DNA from: the human T2T-CHM13v2.0 reference genome, Homo sapiens
Length of the DNA stretch: 64,000 bases
Assembly: GCF_009914755.1 (NCBI RefSeq)
Contig: NC_060940.1
Reading direction: 5' to 3' (one strand)
Part shown: piece after piece, positions 13,503 to 30,385 of the stretch
Numbering within the stretch: the first letter of the stretch is position 1
How the letters are laid out: each line of letters opens with the position of its first letter
Made by a program: the position numbers and the translations under genes
Notes under the pieces: generated by a model
Databases searched by the model: none
What the model was told of the DNA's origin: nothing
The model's input: only the letters and a program-made list of their open reading frames with translations

Positions 13503-15384
13503 TAACTTGTACATTGTCTGGCCAAGAAGAGAACGTGTTTATTACTTTCTTTTTCTTTCTGTTTCTTTTCTCCCTATTGCTTCTTTCATCCTCCTCCTTC
13601 CTTCTGGATTCAATTTTCTTCTTGCTGGGTTATAGCCTTTAGAGGTTCTCTCAGCAAGCATCTCTTTGGTAGTAAATTCTCCTAGTCTTTTCATGGTCTT
13701 TAATAGAATTTTTTGGGGTAATTTTTGCCTGTGTGCTTGCTTTCAGCAGGAGTTGGTATTAACAGCAGTCGTGCACGTGCCTAGGTTTAGGAGGACTCCT
13801 ATTGTCTGGTTTTATGGTTGTCTCTGCAGAGGTTCCTCACTTCCTGGCTAGCTTTTACATTAATTCCGTGGCTCGAAGTTTCTACCCCGTGTCAGGAGGT
13901 ACAACTCAGGCTCATCTACTACATACACCTCATGCAGTTCCAGGGTTCTAATATTTTATGAGTCACTACTTTCCATCAGCGATTCAGGCAGACATTCACT
14001 TCTGGGCTCTGTCCCAGAGCTGGAAGGGAAGTTTCTCCTCCCTGTTTACAGACTCAGCATGTGTTTCCTGGTGCCTTACTTTACCCAGGAATCTTCATTC
14101 CTTCTTGTAGCCTTATAAGGGGCCACAGACTTGAAGACAGTTTCTTTCCAAGAACATTACAACCCCAGCCCCAGAGGGTCAAATTCTGTTCTTTACTGAG
14201 CCTGGGAAGCCTCTTATCATCTCTAGATTACCTGAGGGGCACCCTTTTTAACTTTGACCTCAGATTCTATTTTATTGAATTAAAATTGTTTATTTAGTAA
14301 CTTTACACTTTACAGCATAGAGAAGGTTTTGCATAAAGTTTTGTTTTGCCTTATTGACCAGGAGTCCTGCACTCACTTTTCTGCCCCTGTTTTTTCGACT
14401 TTCATGTATCCCTTTGAAGCTTGGGACAACATCCAGGTTTGCAATTGTGCCATCTATGGACTACCTTACCAGTCAAGACTTCAGCTAGTGATGGGCTTTT
14501 AAGCCCTTACTGCATTGACGTTATGAAGTCAGAGACCCAAAGACATTTTGAGCAACACTTGTTTGGGGAACCAAGATCTCTGTGCAGGTTCACAAGCGCA
14601 TGGTTAAGCTCTGACCTTTACCAAGTCTGGTTCTGCTTCCATGGGAAGCTACTCAAAAATGAGAGAAAAGGAAATGAGATGAGGCGGCTGCACATGGAAA
14701 AGAACGTCCAGCATTTTGGGGCTGACCATGGATAGCATGCGTTCTATCCCTGCTGTAGTACATTGTTTCCTGCTCAATCCAATGCCTCTCTTTCTTTAAA
14801 GACAAGAAATGTGTGTATGTCATCATTGTCTTTGGCAACCAAAAGAGTGAGTCAGTCTTCACAGTCCAGAGTGGAAAGAAAGCAATAATCAGATATCAGA
14901 ACTAGGGAATAATATCTTAGCAGCCAACCTAAGGAAAAAAAATGTTTGATTAGAGACACCTTAATGACCAGGGAATATATGGTTACCATCTTTGCCTCAT
15001 ACCAACTTGCTTGGTCCACTTGAATGTTTAGCAAATATTGCTTTGAAAAAACTTCCTGGTTCAGGTGACATTATAAGATAAGCACCACATAAATCCAGGA
15101 TGGACAAGGAAAGAGGCTTCTGAAAAGAGGATGGGACTTGGCAAATAGAATATAGCTCCTGTCTCTGAGAGGTACCCCATCTGGTAGCAGAGGGTCAAAC
15201 AAAACAGTTTCAAAGCCTGTTTTCCCTACAGCAGCCTGTAGCATCCAAGATTTTTGGAAGAGAAAGGACATTTCTTCTGGACGTTAGCTTTCTTGTCTTT
15301 CCCCCAGGCATCTCTTAGAGTAGGGAGGGAGCTCTTCTATTTGTTGACTGCTTAATCTCTGCCAGGCAGGAGTTCTATCTATTT

Positions 15385-15959
15385 TTAACACATTTGACAG
15401 AGTGATCTTTTAAAAGTAAAATTAGATCATTCTATTCTCCTTTAAAAACTATTCAAGGGGTATTTTCTTTGCATTCAGAGAGATCCAATTTTTTATCCTC
15501 ACGTACGTGATGTGATCACTGTTTTCTCACCTGTTTTGTAACTTATAGCAGCTCCCTCTGCTCAATACAGTTCAGCCTCTTTCTGTTTCTTGATGTCTTC
15601 CAGCTCATTTCACCCCAGGGCCTTGGTGCCTGCTGTTCCATTGGTCTGGGGCCCTTTCGTTCTTATATTATCATCTGGTTGGCTCCTTGGAGTCATTGAA
15701 TCTCAACTCAACTCAAATTTTGTTTACTCGGAGAAGGTGGCCCTGAAGCCCTATCAGGTTAGCCCTTCTTGTCACTAACAACATCAGCCTGTTTTATTTT
15801 CTTCATGGCCATCTCCATTATCTGAAATTATGGTCTTCATTTATTTATTTCCCATCTCTCTTCTCTACTGTAATGTAAGCACCACCAGAACAGGGGGTTT
15901 TGATGATCTGATTCACCACAGCATCTCCCGTGCCTAGAGCTGTTCTGGTCCTTAGTAAG

Positions 15960-15960
<1 letters not shown>
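15385..15960 (+). mobile_element. L2 remnant
   Basis: Pyrimidine-rich L2 3' region (AGAGTGATCTTTTAAAA...CAGGGCCTTGGTGCCTGCTGTTCC...GTGCCTAGAGC). Confidence 0.7.
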
Positions 15961-16925
<965 letters not shown>

Positions 16926-17786
16926 ACGATTATTAATCTGTTGAATGAATGAATGAATCTGGTGTTTTCCCATACGGATTTCATTGACTTCTCATAGCAA
17001 ACGTGATTCCATCCATGTTATGAGTGATGTTAAGAAAATTGACTGGGTTTTCACAGCAAGAATGACCTGGGTAAGGATTTCATTCCACATCTACCAGACT
17101 GTGAATCTCGGTCCCTCTCTTATGATTCCAAGCCCTCTCCCCTCCCCTCTGGTGTCACCCATTTCTGTACTGTGCCTTGGCCCTGTGCTGGGTCAATTTT
17201 TCTAAAACCTCTTGCCCTGGTGTCTTCCTAGCTGGTGTCAGCTTGAGGCTTGATCTTGAATTAATTCCCCTTTTGCTGCTGTGTGTGCTGCGGACTCCTC
17301 CACTCAGGTCTGCTCATTTCAGCCTCTGTCTCAGCAGTTCCTGATGACCCCCAGCAAGGAACAACAAAAGGGATTTTCGAGGAAGAATACCACATTGATT
17401 CTTCCACTGCGTCTTGCTATGGAAATGGAAAGAGTGGTAGTGATTCCCCTGGTCTCATCACCCTGATTGGGTCTACCTTCACTGAATTGTTCTTCCCAGC
17501 AAGGTGGCAGAAATGGCCCTAGTGTTTTTTTATAGAGCTGCCTTTTATCTCCACTTAGTGTCAACTTCTGCATTCAAGGTAGAGTGGGAAAAAAACATAA
17601 AAGTAAACATTCCTCTGGGAAGAAAAAGGCCCAAGACTTCAAGTCAACATGGTAAACAATGGCATAATTTTTCATCTAACCGGGTTCTAGAATTCGTGAA
17701 CTTCAATCAGACCCATGTTGCAGCATTTGCTTTGATATGTGCCGTGGAATAATACTTCACACTTCCCTAGGGAATTCAGGGAGGGT

Positions 17787-18719
<933 letters not shown>

Positions 18720-20688
18720 CTATAGGCTGTGACTACATGGGTAAACAGAGGTTCGGGTCTGCTGAGGATGGAAGAACAGGCCACACCGTTCTGACTATTT
18801 TTCCATGTCACCCTCCTGGGCTGTGGAAACAGAACAGGGCTTTAGAATTAATCTTTTCCAGTAAACTCGACTCTGAAAATAGTTCCGCTGTAAAATTTAC
18901 CTTGCCTTCTAGAAAGGCCCATCACATCTGTGCTCTTTTCCCATAGGTCCGAGGAAGTTCCTGAGATAACTTTGTGAGTGGTCCACTATTTCTGCATTTC
19001 ACAGCATTGCTATACTCCAAACTTTGTTCTACTCATTGTTCAACTCAATGCCTTGAACCTGGCATATAATAGATGCTGAATAAATGAGTTATAATTGAAA
19101 ACAATGTTGATTATTCTTTTACAACTAAACTCTAGCCATTTACAGATTTTAAATAAAGTGATCCATAACATTGAATTCTTCCTGAATGTATTATCGAAAT
19201 GTGAATTATGGATTATGGCATTCATCATTTGCTTCATTCATTATTCACTCAACAAACACTCACTGAGCACCCACTATACTCCAAGCTTGGACTTGGACAC
19301 TGGAGATGCAACAGTGAACAGATGCATTCCCGTAAGGAAACCAATCAATAGGAAATTATCATACAGAACAACCCGTCCTGAGTGGTCAAAGTAAGAACCA
19401 TAAGTTGAATCCTCAATGTCGTTTTAGGACAAGAACAAGAAACCCAAGAAACTCTTCATCTTTGCATTTGGGCTAATAAGTTCTTCAGATTCTTCTAAAC
19501 ACACTCCCCCATCCTGGCTCAGTGGTGCCCATAAGACTCCCTGGGTTTCCTTTCTTTTCTGTTTTCTTGGCTCTTCCCAGCTCTCAGACTGAGCATCTAT
19601 CATCAGGACATCAGGGAAAGTTCAGCTGATGAGTGGCAGACACTGATGCTGTCCCTTTAGTGGTAGAGGCTTGTTTACCTGCTTTCTGTGGCCAGGTAGG
19701 GGGTAAATTAGTGCCCTGTGTTCTTCTCCTGTCAGGCATGGGTGAATGGCTAAGCTCCTTCCTTTTCTGAGGCTGCTGGTCAGGCCCCACTGAGCAGCCA
19801 CTTGGCACTGCTGAAACCAAAGAGAGAAATAATGAGCCACCATCAGGTTCTCTAGATTCTGAGGTATGTCTGAATATGCTCTGGTGAGGGGTGAGTGAAC
19901 AGTGACCCAGGGGAAGGGCAGAAGGATCTGAAGCTGTGAGTGCAGGCACAGGGTTCCTGTGGGAAATAGACACCTAGGACCCCAGGTGGAGGTGAATAAA
20001 AAGGAGCTCCTAAAGACAAGATGCTCAGAGACCCTGGGGAAGAGGAGCAGGTCAGGAGCCCCGCAGCTCAAAGTTGTATAAGGACACACCCAAAGCGCTT
20101 TGAGGTGGCAGACAGACAGCTGGAAGCAGATCTTGGAATAGATGTAACAGAAATAAAAAATGGAAATAAGTCATGCTCAAAAAACTGAGACCATGATGCT
20201 GGCTCACAGAGCAGGAGGCAGCATCTGTAGGAAAGGGATCTTGGGAGCATCCTTGTGTCTTTCCTCTGTTCATCCATGTCCCACAGACCACAGGTTGGCA
20301 GTGGGAAATGAATCAGGCCCAAGAGTGCCTCATGTCCTTTGCAATTCTAGCAAGAAAATGAAATTGTCAGAGTTACACTCCGAATCCTGAGGACCTGACC
20401 CCTGGCTGTAGCATCCTCTGCATTCCTGTTGCTTCACAATCTCATCACTGACTTCGACCCCAGCTTTCACAGCCTTCCTCTCTCCTTCAAGCCACATCTT
20501 CACCAAGGTGGCACCAACCAACCATCCAATAGACACCAAATTAGAGACTCAGTGAGTCCAGGAGATTCAGGGTGCATCTTGTGTGAAAGAGCGTGACTGG
20601 CATTTCCACAGGGAACAGGTCTATATTTTTTACAAGATTATCAAAGAGTTGTGGGATCCCCACCTCGCCTAAAAAAAGAAACATTCAT

Positions 20689-21002
<314 letters not shown>

Positions 21003-21877
21003 TCAGTCCCTACCTGCCTCCCTTCTTTAGTGAAGATTCGCCTCCACCTGAATCTCATCATGAACTTTCCTATCATCGTCCGCATTGGTCCCACCCCTGA
21101 AGCAGTAGTCTCTGGTTTCCCTGACCATAACCTTTGGTCCAAATAGCTTTCTCACTTCTCCATGCTAAAGCAGATAATAAAGAATTATCTGCTTTATCAG
21201 CTGGTTGAAGACTTCTAGGCCCCTCCCTCCCCTCTGTCTTCCAGCCTTTCTACCTTCTGACCTGGCTTCCGACTGCATTCGGTCTAGGTTCCAAGGTCAA
21301 TTACTCAGCCACCCTCTTACCAGCATCTTCAGATTCCCAGGCTCCTTGTCTCTTTTGTAGACCTACAAATACATCGGAGAATGCAGAATAGTGTTCTGCC
21401 ACCCCCTAAAATTCAGAGGGTAAAATCTCACCCAGGCACCCACGGCATCTCAGTAATTGTGTTATTTAAACTTGGCCATCTCTTTTCTTCATTTATCTTG
21501 GCAAATCCTCCAAAATTTATCCACTCTTCCTCAAATCCCTCTATAATGAACTTCCAGCTCACATCCTTCTCAAGGAATGGCCTTGCCTTTTTCAAGAAAA
21601 GAGAGACCTGGAGGGATAAACTACCTCAACTTCCTGCTGGCTCTGCCTATGGTAGCCCTCTGTTGACAGGTGAGAAACGAGGATTAGAGAAGGATAGCGC
21701 CCTCTCCAACCACTTACAGCTAGCTAATGGCTGCAATGGAGAATGTCTCTACTCCTTTAGGTCATCTGGAAATGCTTTGTTCTCTCTATTTATTATAATT
21801 ATTCTTACTGTTACGATTATGATAATTAGATAGGCTTTATTCTCCATTAAAACAACAGATACATGCTGAATGACTAC

Positions 21878-22241
21878 TGTTATGGTTTGGCTGTGTCCCC
21901 ACCCAAATCTCATCTTGAATTGTAATCCCCATAATCCCCACATGTCTTGGGAGAGATCTGGTTGGAGGTAATTGAATCATGGGGGCGGTTTCCCCTATGC
22001 TGTTCTTGTGATAGTGAGTGAGTTCTCATGAGATCTGATGGTTTTATAAGTGTCTGGTATTTCCCCTGCTGGCATTCACTCTCTCTCCTGCCGACCTGTG
22101 AAAAGGTGCATTCCACCATGATTGTAAATTTCCTGAGGCCTCCCCAGCTATGTGGAACTTTGAGTCAATTAAACGTCTTTTCTTTACAAATTACCCAGTC
22201 TCGGGTATTTCTTCATAACAGCGTGAGAATGAACTAATGCA
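21878..22241 (+). mobile_element. THE1D-like solo LTR (MaLR)
   Basis: TGTTATGGTTTGGCTGTGTCCCCACCCAAATCTCATCTTGAATTG...GAACTAATGCA; perfect 5-bp TSD ACTAC. Confidence 0.93.
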
Positions 22242-22407
22242 ACTACTATGAGCCATTTCTTACAATGTGAACAGTCTGTCATGCTGGCCAGCCCAAGCAG
22301 ATCTGCGGGTCCGAGGATAATTGTAAAAGTGTGCAAATCCACAAGCAGTAAGTGTTCACAGGCATGCATGCTCCATGAATCTACATCTGCTCTCACAATG
22401 CTTACAT

Positions 22408-22408
<1 letters not shown>

Positions 22409-22442
<34 letters not shown>
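22409..22442. repeat. (CA)17 microsatellite
   Basis: Uninterrupted CA run. Confidence 0.97.
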
Positions 22443-22444
<2 letters not shown>

Positions 22445-23299
22445 GACACGTGTCTACAGAACACAGACCTTCTGCAGATGCAGATTCATGCGCAGGTGTG
22501 CAGGTAACTGCAGCTGCTGATTGCTTGTGTCTGGTTTTATCTGCCACCTGTCCTTGAAATACTTCCCACTGATGACCACTGCATTCCACCTGTGAGTGGA
22601 AAGGCACAATGAACTCTGCTTAACAGGTTCATGAATTTACCAGGCACTTACTTAAGATGGTTACACCACATTATAGCAAATGGCTTCTGGGGGCTCAGGA
22701 AGGGCTGTATTTACTTTCCGAGAATTACCATTAGTCCTGGATGGGAAGGTGCTAAGAGGCCGCATTAGCATGGCTTTGGTCAGTTTCACTCCCCTGAGCA
22801 GTTGCAGAATTCATGTGGGGTTTATTGATGGGCCAGTTATTCTTTAATGGGTTTCCAATTTGACTCCTGGGATAATGAGATGGGTCTTTAGGGACCATCT
22901 GTCTCTCTCCCACGGTTGTGGGCAGCTCTGAGGAGCCTGACTCCTTAACTAGCAGGTGATGGAGTGGAGATGGGGCTGAGTGTAGCACAACCTATTTGTC
23001 TCTCCCGGAGCTGAAATGCTCCCCAGAAACTCCTTTCTCCTCTCTGAGACCCCTCCTCAGTTGACATATTTGAAAGTCAAGCAAGGCTCTGCCTCAGGTA
23101 GTCAGGGGATTTGTGTCCCAGCTCTGCTGGACAAGCTTAGGCAAGTAACCAAACCTTTCTGAGTCCCAGTTTTCTCTCCAGTAAAATAAAGACATGCACC
23201 TGATAATACGTGGCATGAACTGAGGATCTACTCTGTGCTCAGCACTGTGCGAGTTTTCAGCCTAGGAAGGGACCCAAATCAGGCAACATCTCTATCCTT

Positions 23300-24280
23300 A
23301 TGAACAATGACAAAAACAAAAACATACTGAATCACCTTAATGGATGCATGATTCAGGCTGATATAGGTGCTGGGAAGACAAGAAGCAGGACCGTGAGCAA
23401 GAGCCATGTCCTTGTCTAGGACTCCGAGAGAGTGACAGTGGAGCTGAGAGCTGAGGGGTGAGCAGGCATAAATACGTTGGAGGAGGGTGGTGAGAGTGTA
23501 CCAGGCAGAGGGAACAGCTTGCGTAAAGGCCTGGAGACTGGAGGGAACATGGTGTGTTGCAGAAGCTGAAAGAGAGCCAGGAGGACTGGCATGCAGAGAA
23601 GGAAGGGATGGAAAGGTAGGCAGAATGCGGATCCTCCAGTAATTTATACTAGGACACCTTGTTAAGGATTTGGTCTTCATCTCAAGAAAAATAGACAGCT
23701 GTCAAAAGTTGTAAGCAGAGGGAAGACTCCATCCTATTGGCATTTCAAAAAGATCGCTCTGGGCCAGGCATGGTGGCTCATTCCTCTAATCTCAGCACTT
23801 CAGGGGGCCAAGGAGGGAGGATGACTTGAGCCCAGGAATTGAAGACCAGCCTGGACAACACAGTGAGACCCCTACTCTACAAAATTTTAAAAATTATGTG
23901 GGCATCATGGTGCACACCTGTGGTCTCAGCTACTTAGAAGGCTAAGGTGAGAGGATCACTTGAGCCCATGAGTTGGAGGATGCAGTGAGCTAGGATGGCA
24001 CCACTGTACTCCAGCCAGCCCAGGCGACAGAGCAAGACCCATCTCAAAAAAAAAAAAAAAAAAGGAGACTATTCTGGCTGCAGTATGGACACTATATTGG
24101 AGAGGAACCAGAGAGGATGTTGACAGACTGGTTACAAGGCAATTTGTGCAAAAAATGATGGAAGCCTGTCCATAGCAGGGGCAGAGAACACCGTGAGAAG
24201 TGATATTAAGCAATTCATTGAACTGAATTTGAGCAGAGAGGAGAGAAAGCTGTCAATGATGACTCCTATATTTCCAGCTA
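23300..24280 (-). mobile_element. L2 remnant interrupted by AluJ
   Basis: Purine-rich antisense L2 motifs (CCAGGCAGAGGGAACAGC...AAAGGCCTGGAG; TTCTGGCTGCAGTATGGA). Confidence 0.7.
23762..24063 (+). mobile_element. AluJ element
   Basis: GGAGGATGACTTGAGCCCAGGA in the left arm and GAGGATCACTTGAGCCCA in the right arm (J-type); poly(A) tail. Confidence 0.88.
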
Positions 24281-25221
24281 ATTCCTCACAAGGCCACTTA
24301 AAGATTAAGTGAACTCATGTGTGACTAGTGCCTGGCACACCGCAGGTGCCCAGTAAATGCCAGTTCTTGTCCCCCTGTGTCCTTCAGTTCTTTGCCACTT
24401 GATTCCCACTGACTCCTTCACAGCCATGCAAAGCTGGGACTCTAATCCCTGTTCCCTTCTCCTAGAGTGTTCTAACCTTATCATTTTTCTAATTCAGTGC
24501 TGATGTGCCAACAGGCAGCCTTGGCTTGGCAGAGCTGCCAGGGAGAAGCCAGGCACAGCTTGCGGCTGGGAACAGTTGCGCTGGGATAGTCCTTGGTGGG
24601 TTGATCCTCCTCCTGGCGGGTCTGACTAGGAGAGCTGCTGCTTTGTCACATTGATGGGCCAAGTCCCCTTACTCCTTTGCAGAAAGGAGAGGACATTTGA
24701 TAAATAGGTGAAGGAGGGACACAAAACAGAATCGGAATGGAGAAAATAATAGAATTTGTGGATGGAAGAAACTGCACCCTTGGGGCTGTGTAATCACGCA
24801 TGAATCCCCCCACTCTCCTAGGCTCCAGTTTTCTCATCTTTAAAATGGGGTTTATGATAGTTTTTATAATGGAGTTCCATTGTGAGAGTAAATGAGATCC
24901 TGTGACGAAAAAATGGTAAATAAAGTATAATGTGGCAAAGAAATAATTAATGTGTAAATGGCCGGTAGGGTGGCTATGAATTCAGTTAAACCTGAGCTCA
25001 AACCCAAATTATACCACTTCTGACCTGCATGTTGGAGCGGGGCAGATGAGTTACTATCTTCTCTGCACCTGAGTTTTCTCATCCACAAATAGAGATTATA
25101 ATATGTAGCCCATAGAACTATGGTCAGCCTTAAAAGGGAAACCCCAGGTCCCCAATCTCGTGAAGTTTATAGTTTTAGATAGAGAAAGAATAAACAAATA
25201 AACCTATAAATCAAAGATTAG

Positions 25222-25851
25222 AGCAGGTGTGGTGGTTCATACCTGTAATTCCAATGCTTTGGGAAGCTGGGGTGAGAGGATTACTTGAGGCCAGGAGTTC
25301 AAAAGCAGCCTGAGCAACATAGCAAGACCCTGCCTCTACAAAAAAAATTTTTTTAAATTTTAATTAGTTGGATGTGGTGTCTTATGCCTGTCGTCCCAGC
25401 TCCTAGGGAGCTTAAGGTAGTAGGATCGCTTGAGGCCAGGACTTTGAGTCCAGTCTGAGCAAGAGCAAGAGACCCTGTCTCTACAAAAAAATTTTTTTTA
25501 AATTTATGGCTGGTGCCTGTTGTCCCAGCTACTGGGAAGCTTAAGGTAAGAGGATGACCTGAGGCCAGGAGTTTGAGTCCAGCCTGAGCAACATCGCAAG
25601 ATTCTGTCCTACAAAAAAATAAAAATAAAAAAGATTAGCCAGGTGTGGTGGCATGTTCCTGTAGTCTCAGCCACTTGGGAGCTGAGGTAGGAGGATCGCT
25701 GGGGTCAGAGGCTCCAGTGAGCTATGATTGAGCCACCACTGCACTCTAGCCTGGGTGACAGACTGAGACCCTGTCTCTTAAACAAAAAAAAAAAAAAAAA
25801 ACAAAAGCAAACAAACAACAAAAAGAAATGAGGTGAAAAAAATGAACAAAC
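25222..25851 (+). mobile_element. AluJ-derived element with four monomer units
   Basis: Left monomer, two hybrid monomers and one right monomer, bounded by one 16-bp TSD ATAAATCAAAGATTAG (25206-25221, 25852-25867). Confidence 0.85.
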
Positions 25852-26284
25852 ATAAATCAAAGATTAGTTGACAGGGCGGTTTAATTCTCTGAGGAAACCA
25901 AAACAGTGTGAGGTCATAAGAGTGGCTACCTTGGATGGGGTGTTCCTGGGGGCTTCCCTGTGGACATGACCTTTGAGCCCAGACCCGAAGGAAAAGAAAG
26001 GCCAATGACTCAAAGATCTGGAAAGATAATTCTCAATCCTGGCTGCTCATTAGAATCACCAGGAAATCACCTCCAGACCAATTGCAACAGTATTCTTTGG
26101 GGTAGAACTTGAACATATGTATGTTAATATCCAGGGGGATTTTGACACAAGATGAAGGTGGCCAATACTGAGCAGGTACAAGATGCAAGATCTCAGGAGT
26201 CTACTATTGCCTGACATCTAGTAGTATCTTGTGTTTATTTGCTAGAGCTGCCGTAACTCATATGGCAGTTTGGGTGGCTTAAAA

Positions 26285-26804
26285 CAGTGGTCTCCAAATT
26301 TTTGGTGCCAGGGACCAGTTTTGAGTAAGACATTTTTTCCATGGATGAGGCTGTTGGGGTGGAAGGTAGTGAATGGTTTTGGGATAAATCAAGCACATTA
26401 CATTTATTATGCACTTTATTTCTATTGTTATTACATTGTAATATACAATGAAACATACAACTGACCATAATGTAGAATCAGTGGTAGCCCTGAGCTTGTT
26501 TTCCTGCATCTAGACTAGATGGTCCCATTTGCGGGTGACGGAAGACAGTGACAGATCATCAGGCACTAGATTCTCATAAGGAGTGTGCAACCTAGATCCC
26601 TCGCATGCGCAGTTCACAACCAGGTTCACACTCCTATGAGAATCTAATGCCACCGCTGATCTCACAGGGGGCGGAGCTCAGGCAGTAATTCAAGCAATGG
26701 GGAGTGGCTGTAAATACAGATGAAGCTTCGCTCACTTGCCTGCGCCCAGTTCCTAAAAGGCTATGGACAGTACCAGTTCATGGCCGGGGAATTGGAGACC
26801 CCTG
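26285..26804. mobile_element. MER1A (hAT-Charlie non-autonomous DNA transposon)
   Basis: 520 bp; terminal inverted repeats CAGTGGTCTCCAA / TTGGAGACCCCTG; 8-bp TSD GCTTAAAA / GCTTAAAC. Confidence 0.88.
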
Positions 26805-26984
26805 GCTTAAACAACAGAGATTTATTTTCTCACAGTACTGGAAGCGGAAGTCCAAGATCAAGGAGTTGGCAGGGTTGGTGTTTTTCTGAGGCCTCTCTCT
26901 TTGGCTTGCAGATGGCCACCTTCTTGCTGTGTCCTCACAGGCTCATTCCTTAGTCTGTGTTCTGTGCATCCTAATCTCTCTCTC

Positions 26985-27285
26985 TTTTTTTTTTTTTTTT
27001 TTTAAGACGGAGTCTCGCTCTGTTGCCCAGACTGGAGTGCAGTGGCGAGATCTCGGCTCACTGCAAGCTCTGCCTCCTGGGTTCACGCCATTCTCCTGCC
27101 TCAGCCTCCTGAGTAGCTGGGACTACAGGCACCCACCACCACGCCCAGCTAATTTTTTTGTATTTTTAGTAGAGACGGGGTTTCACCGTGTTAGCCAGGA
27201 TGGTCTTGATCTCCTGACCTTGTGATCCGCCCGCCTCGGCCTCCCAAAGGGCTGGGATTACAGGCGTGAGCCACCGCGCCCGGCC
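26985..27285 (-). mobile_element. AluY
   Basis: CTGCAAGCTC, TTCACGCCATTCTCC and CCGTGTTAGCCAGGATGG diagnostics; CpG-rich; TSD CCTAATCTCT. Confidence 0.95.
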
Positions 27286-29359
27286 CCTAATCTCTTCTTA
27301 AAAGAGCAACAGTCATACTGGATCAGGACCCACTCATGTGGCCTCATTTTACCTTAGTTACCTATTCAATGGCTCTCCCTGCAAATGAAGGCACATATTC
27401 ATATTTAGGACTTAGCATATAAATTTTGGAGGGGACACAATTTGGACCATAACACACCTAATACATGCAAGTTTCTTCCTTGACCCTAAGCTTCTGATTG
27501 ACTTTTTTATCTACCTCCCTAAATTGACACTGTCTGCCCTCCCTTCTGTGTGGCTCTGAGAATACTTTTCATTATTCCAGCATTAATGGTTTCCAGAAGT
27601 TTGAACTACAAAACATCCAAATAAGAGTCTTATTTAGAGCCCTTATCTCCCAGGTAGAGACAGTGCTTCAAAGAGGAAGGAACTTGCCCAATCCTTCATA
27701 GATAAAGGCCCGGGAGCAGGTCAATACTCCCAATGTTATTGCTGCCACAATCTTTGTTCTCCTTATACCTGCAGATGCAGAGGGGCAGGAAAAGTCCACT
27801 AGGCCAGCTCTGCTACTTATTATGTGGCTTTTGGAAAGTTAGGCCACCACATTGAATGTTATCTATAAAAAGGAGGCTATAAAATGATGATTGTGAGATG
27901 CATGCCATAACGAGAAGGCTTCTCACAATGACTGTCCTATAGTTATGTGCTCCATAAATGGTGACCGTCATCATCCATGTGATCCTCAGTGCTGTGCCTT
28001 CTGATGGGTGTGAGGCCATCCTGGGAGGAAGGAAGGAGCATCTGACTTCTCAGGGTTTCCAAGTCTGGTGTGACAGTGCCTCCTTTGATTCCAGCTCTGG
28101 GTAAGAGGAGGTTATGCCCAGGCAAGGATGAGCAGAGTGAAGAGGACCTGACATCAGGTAACTGTATAGCCACTATCTTCACAAGGACAGTGGTCCTCAC
28201 ACTTTCTTACAAATGCATTTCTCTCCTCTGCCTCTGGGCTATTGTCAGAGCTGAATTCCAGGCCAATGGCCATGGGACATTGTCACATGGGATTTAAACA
28301 GGAACCTGTGAGAGTTTCCCTGACATCTTGTCCGCCCTGCGCTCTATGAGGGAGGTGGAGGGAGAAAGTCTCTGTAGCCCACTGGGGCTGTGACATCAGG
28401 ACTCAGCCATGTCTGCAGGGTTTTCCTCCTCTCTGACACTCCAAAGGCTTCATTGGCAGATCAGCAGAGAAAGTAGCTTCCTTTGCTGAAAGGCTTAGGA
28501 AGAGACGGTGACCTATTTTTGCGAGCTTTTCTGATGAGGTCTTCATGTGGGAACTTCTGCCAAGCAATGAACTCACAAACGGTGGGTAGGGTTTTCCGGG
28601 CATCCAGATGAAGAACAAAGAGACCTGGTGTTTTCCAAAAACACACTCTTGCTTTCAATATGGAAAAAGGAATGAATCCTCACATCAAAAGCAAGAAGGA
28701 AGGCAGCCTGTGTGGGGGTCCATTTCTCTAAGTCCCTTGCAACCATTTTGGCTAATGTCCTTCTCTCCCCATTTGTCAGTTATCCAGTCCCTGAGCAAGT
28801 TCTGACAAAGACAAGAAGACCAGCAATAGTCTTCCACCAGGAGGTTGGTCTGGAATGAGAGTTGCTTCTAGAGAACAAATACTCAGTCTGATGGATATGA
28901 CACTATGTCTCAGCATTCCCTTCACTAAGCTTCCAAGCTCAGCGCCAACTGGATTTAGAGCTCAGACTACAAAGCAAATACGTCAACTGTTTCTCAGATG
29001 CCTCCAGTCCCCTTTTCCCCACAGGGTTTATATCATACACTTTCCATTCTCAGAGTCAATGAGGCTGCTGCGGGCTGCAAGAGACAGAAGACGCAACAAT
29101 GTGGCTTGAGCCATCGGTAAATGTACTCTCTTCTTAAAGCAAGGTCCAGAGGTAGGCAGTGTTGAGGAGAATTCCACAGCTCAGACATGCCAAGGACAGG
29201 AGCTATTATAGTCTTCAGTCCACCCTTCTTGGAATATTGAGTTTTCCTCCTTATGTGTTTTTTTTTATGGTTATAAAATAGCTGCCACTGCTCCAGCCAT
29301 TGCCTCTTTACCAGACAGCATCAAAGCAGGAAGCAATAGAGCTCTCTACTCAATCCACT

Positions 29360-30385
<1,026 letters not shown>

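Larger units (their letters stand above)
26230..27454 (-). mobile_element. MLT1A-type solo LTR hosting MER1A and AluY
   Basis: GGGTGGCTTAAA|CAACAGAGATTTATTTTCTCACAG...GGGGACACAATTTGGACCATAACA, typical antisense MLT1A. Confidence 0.82.
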
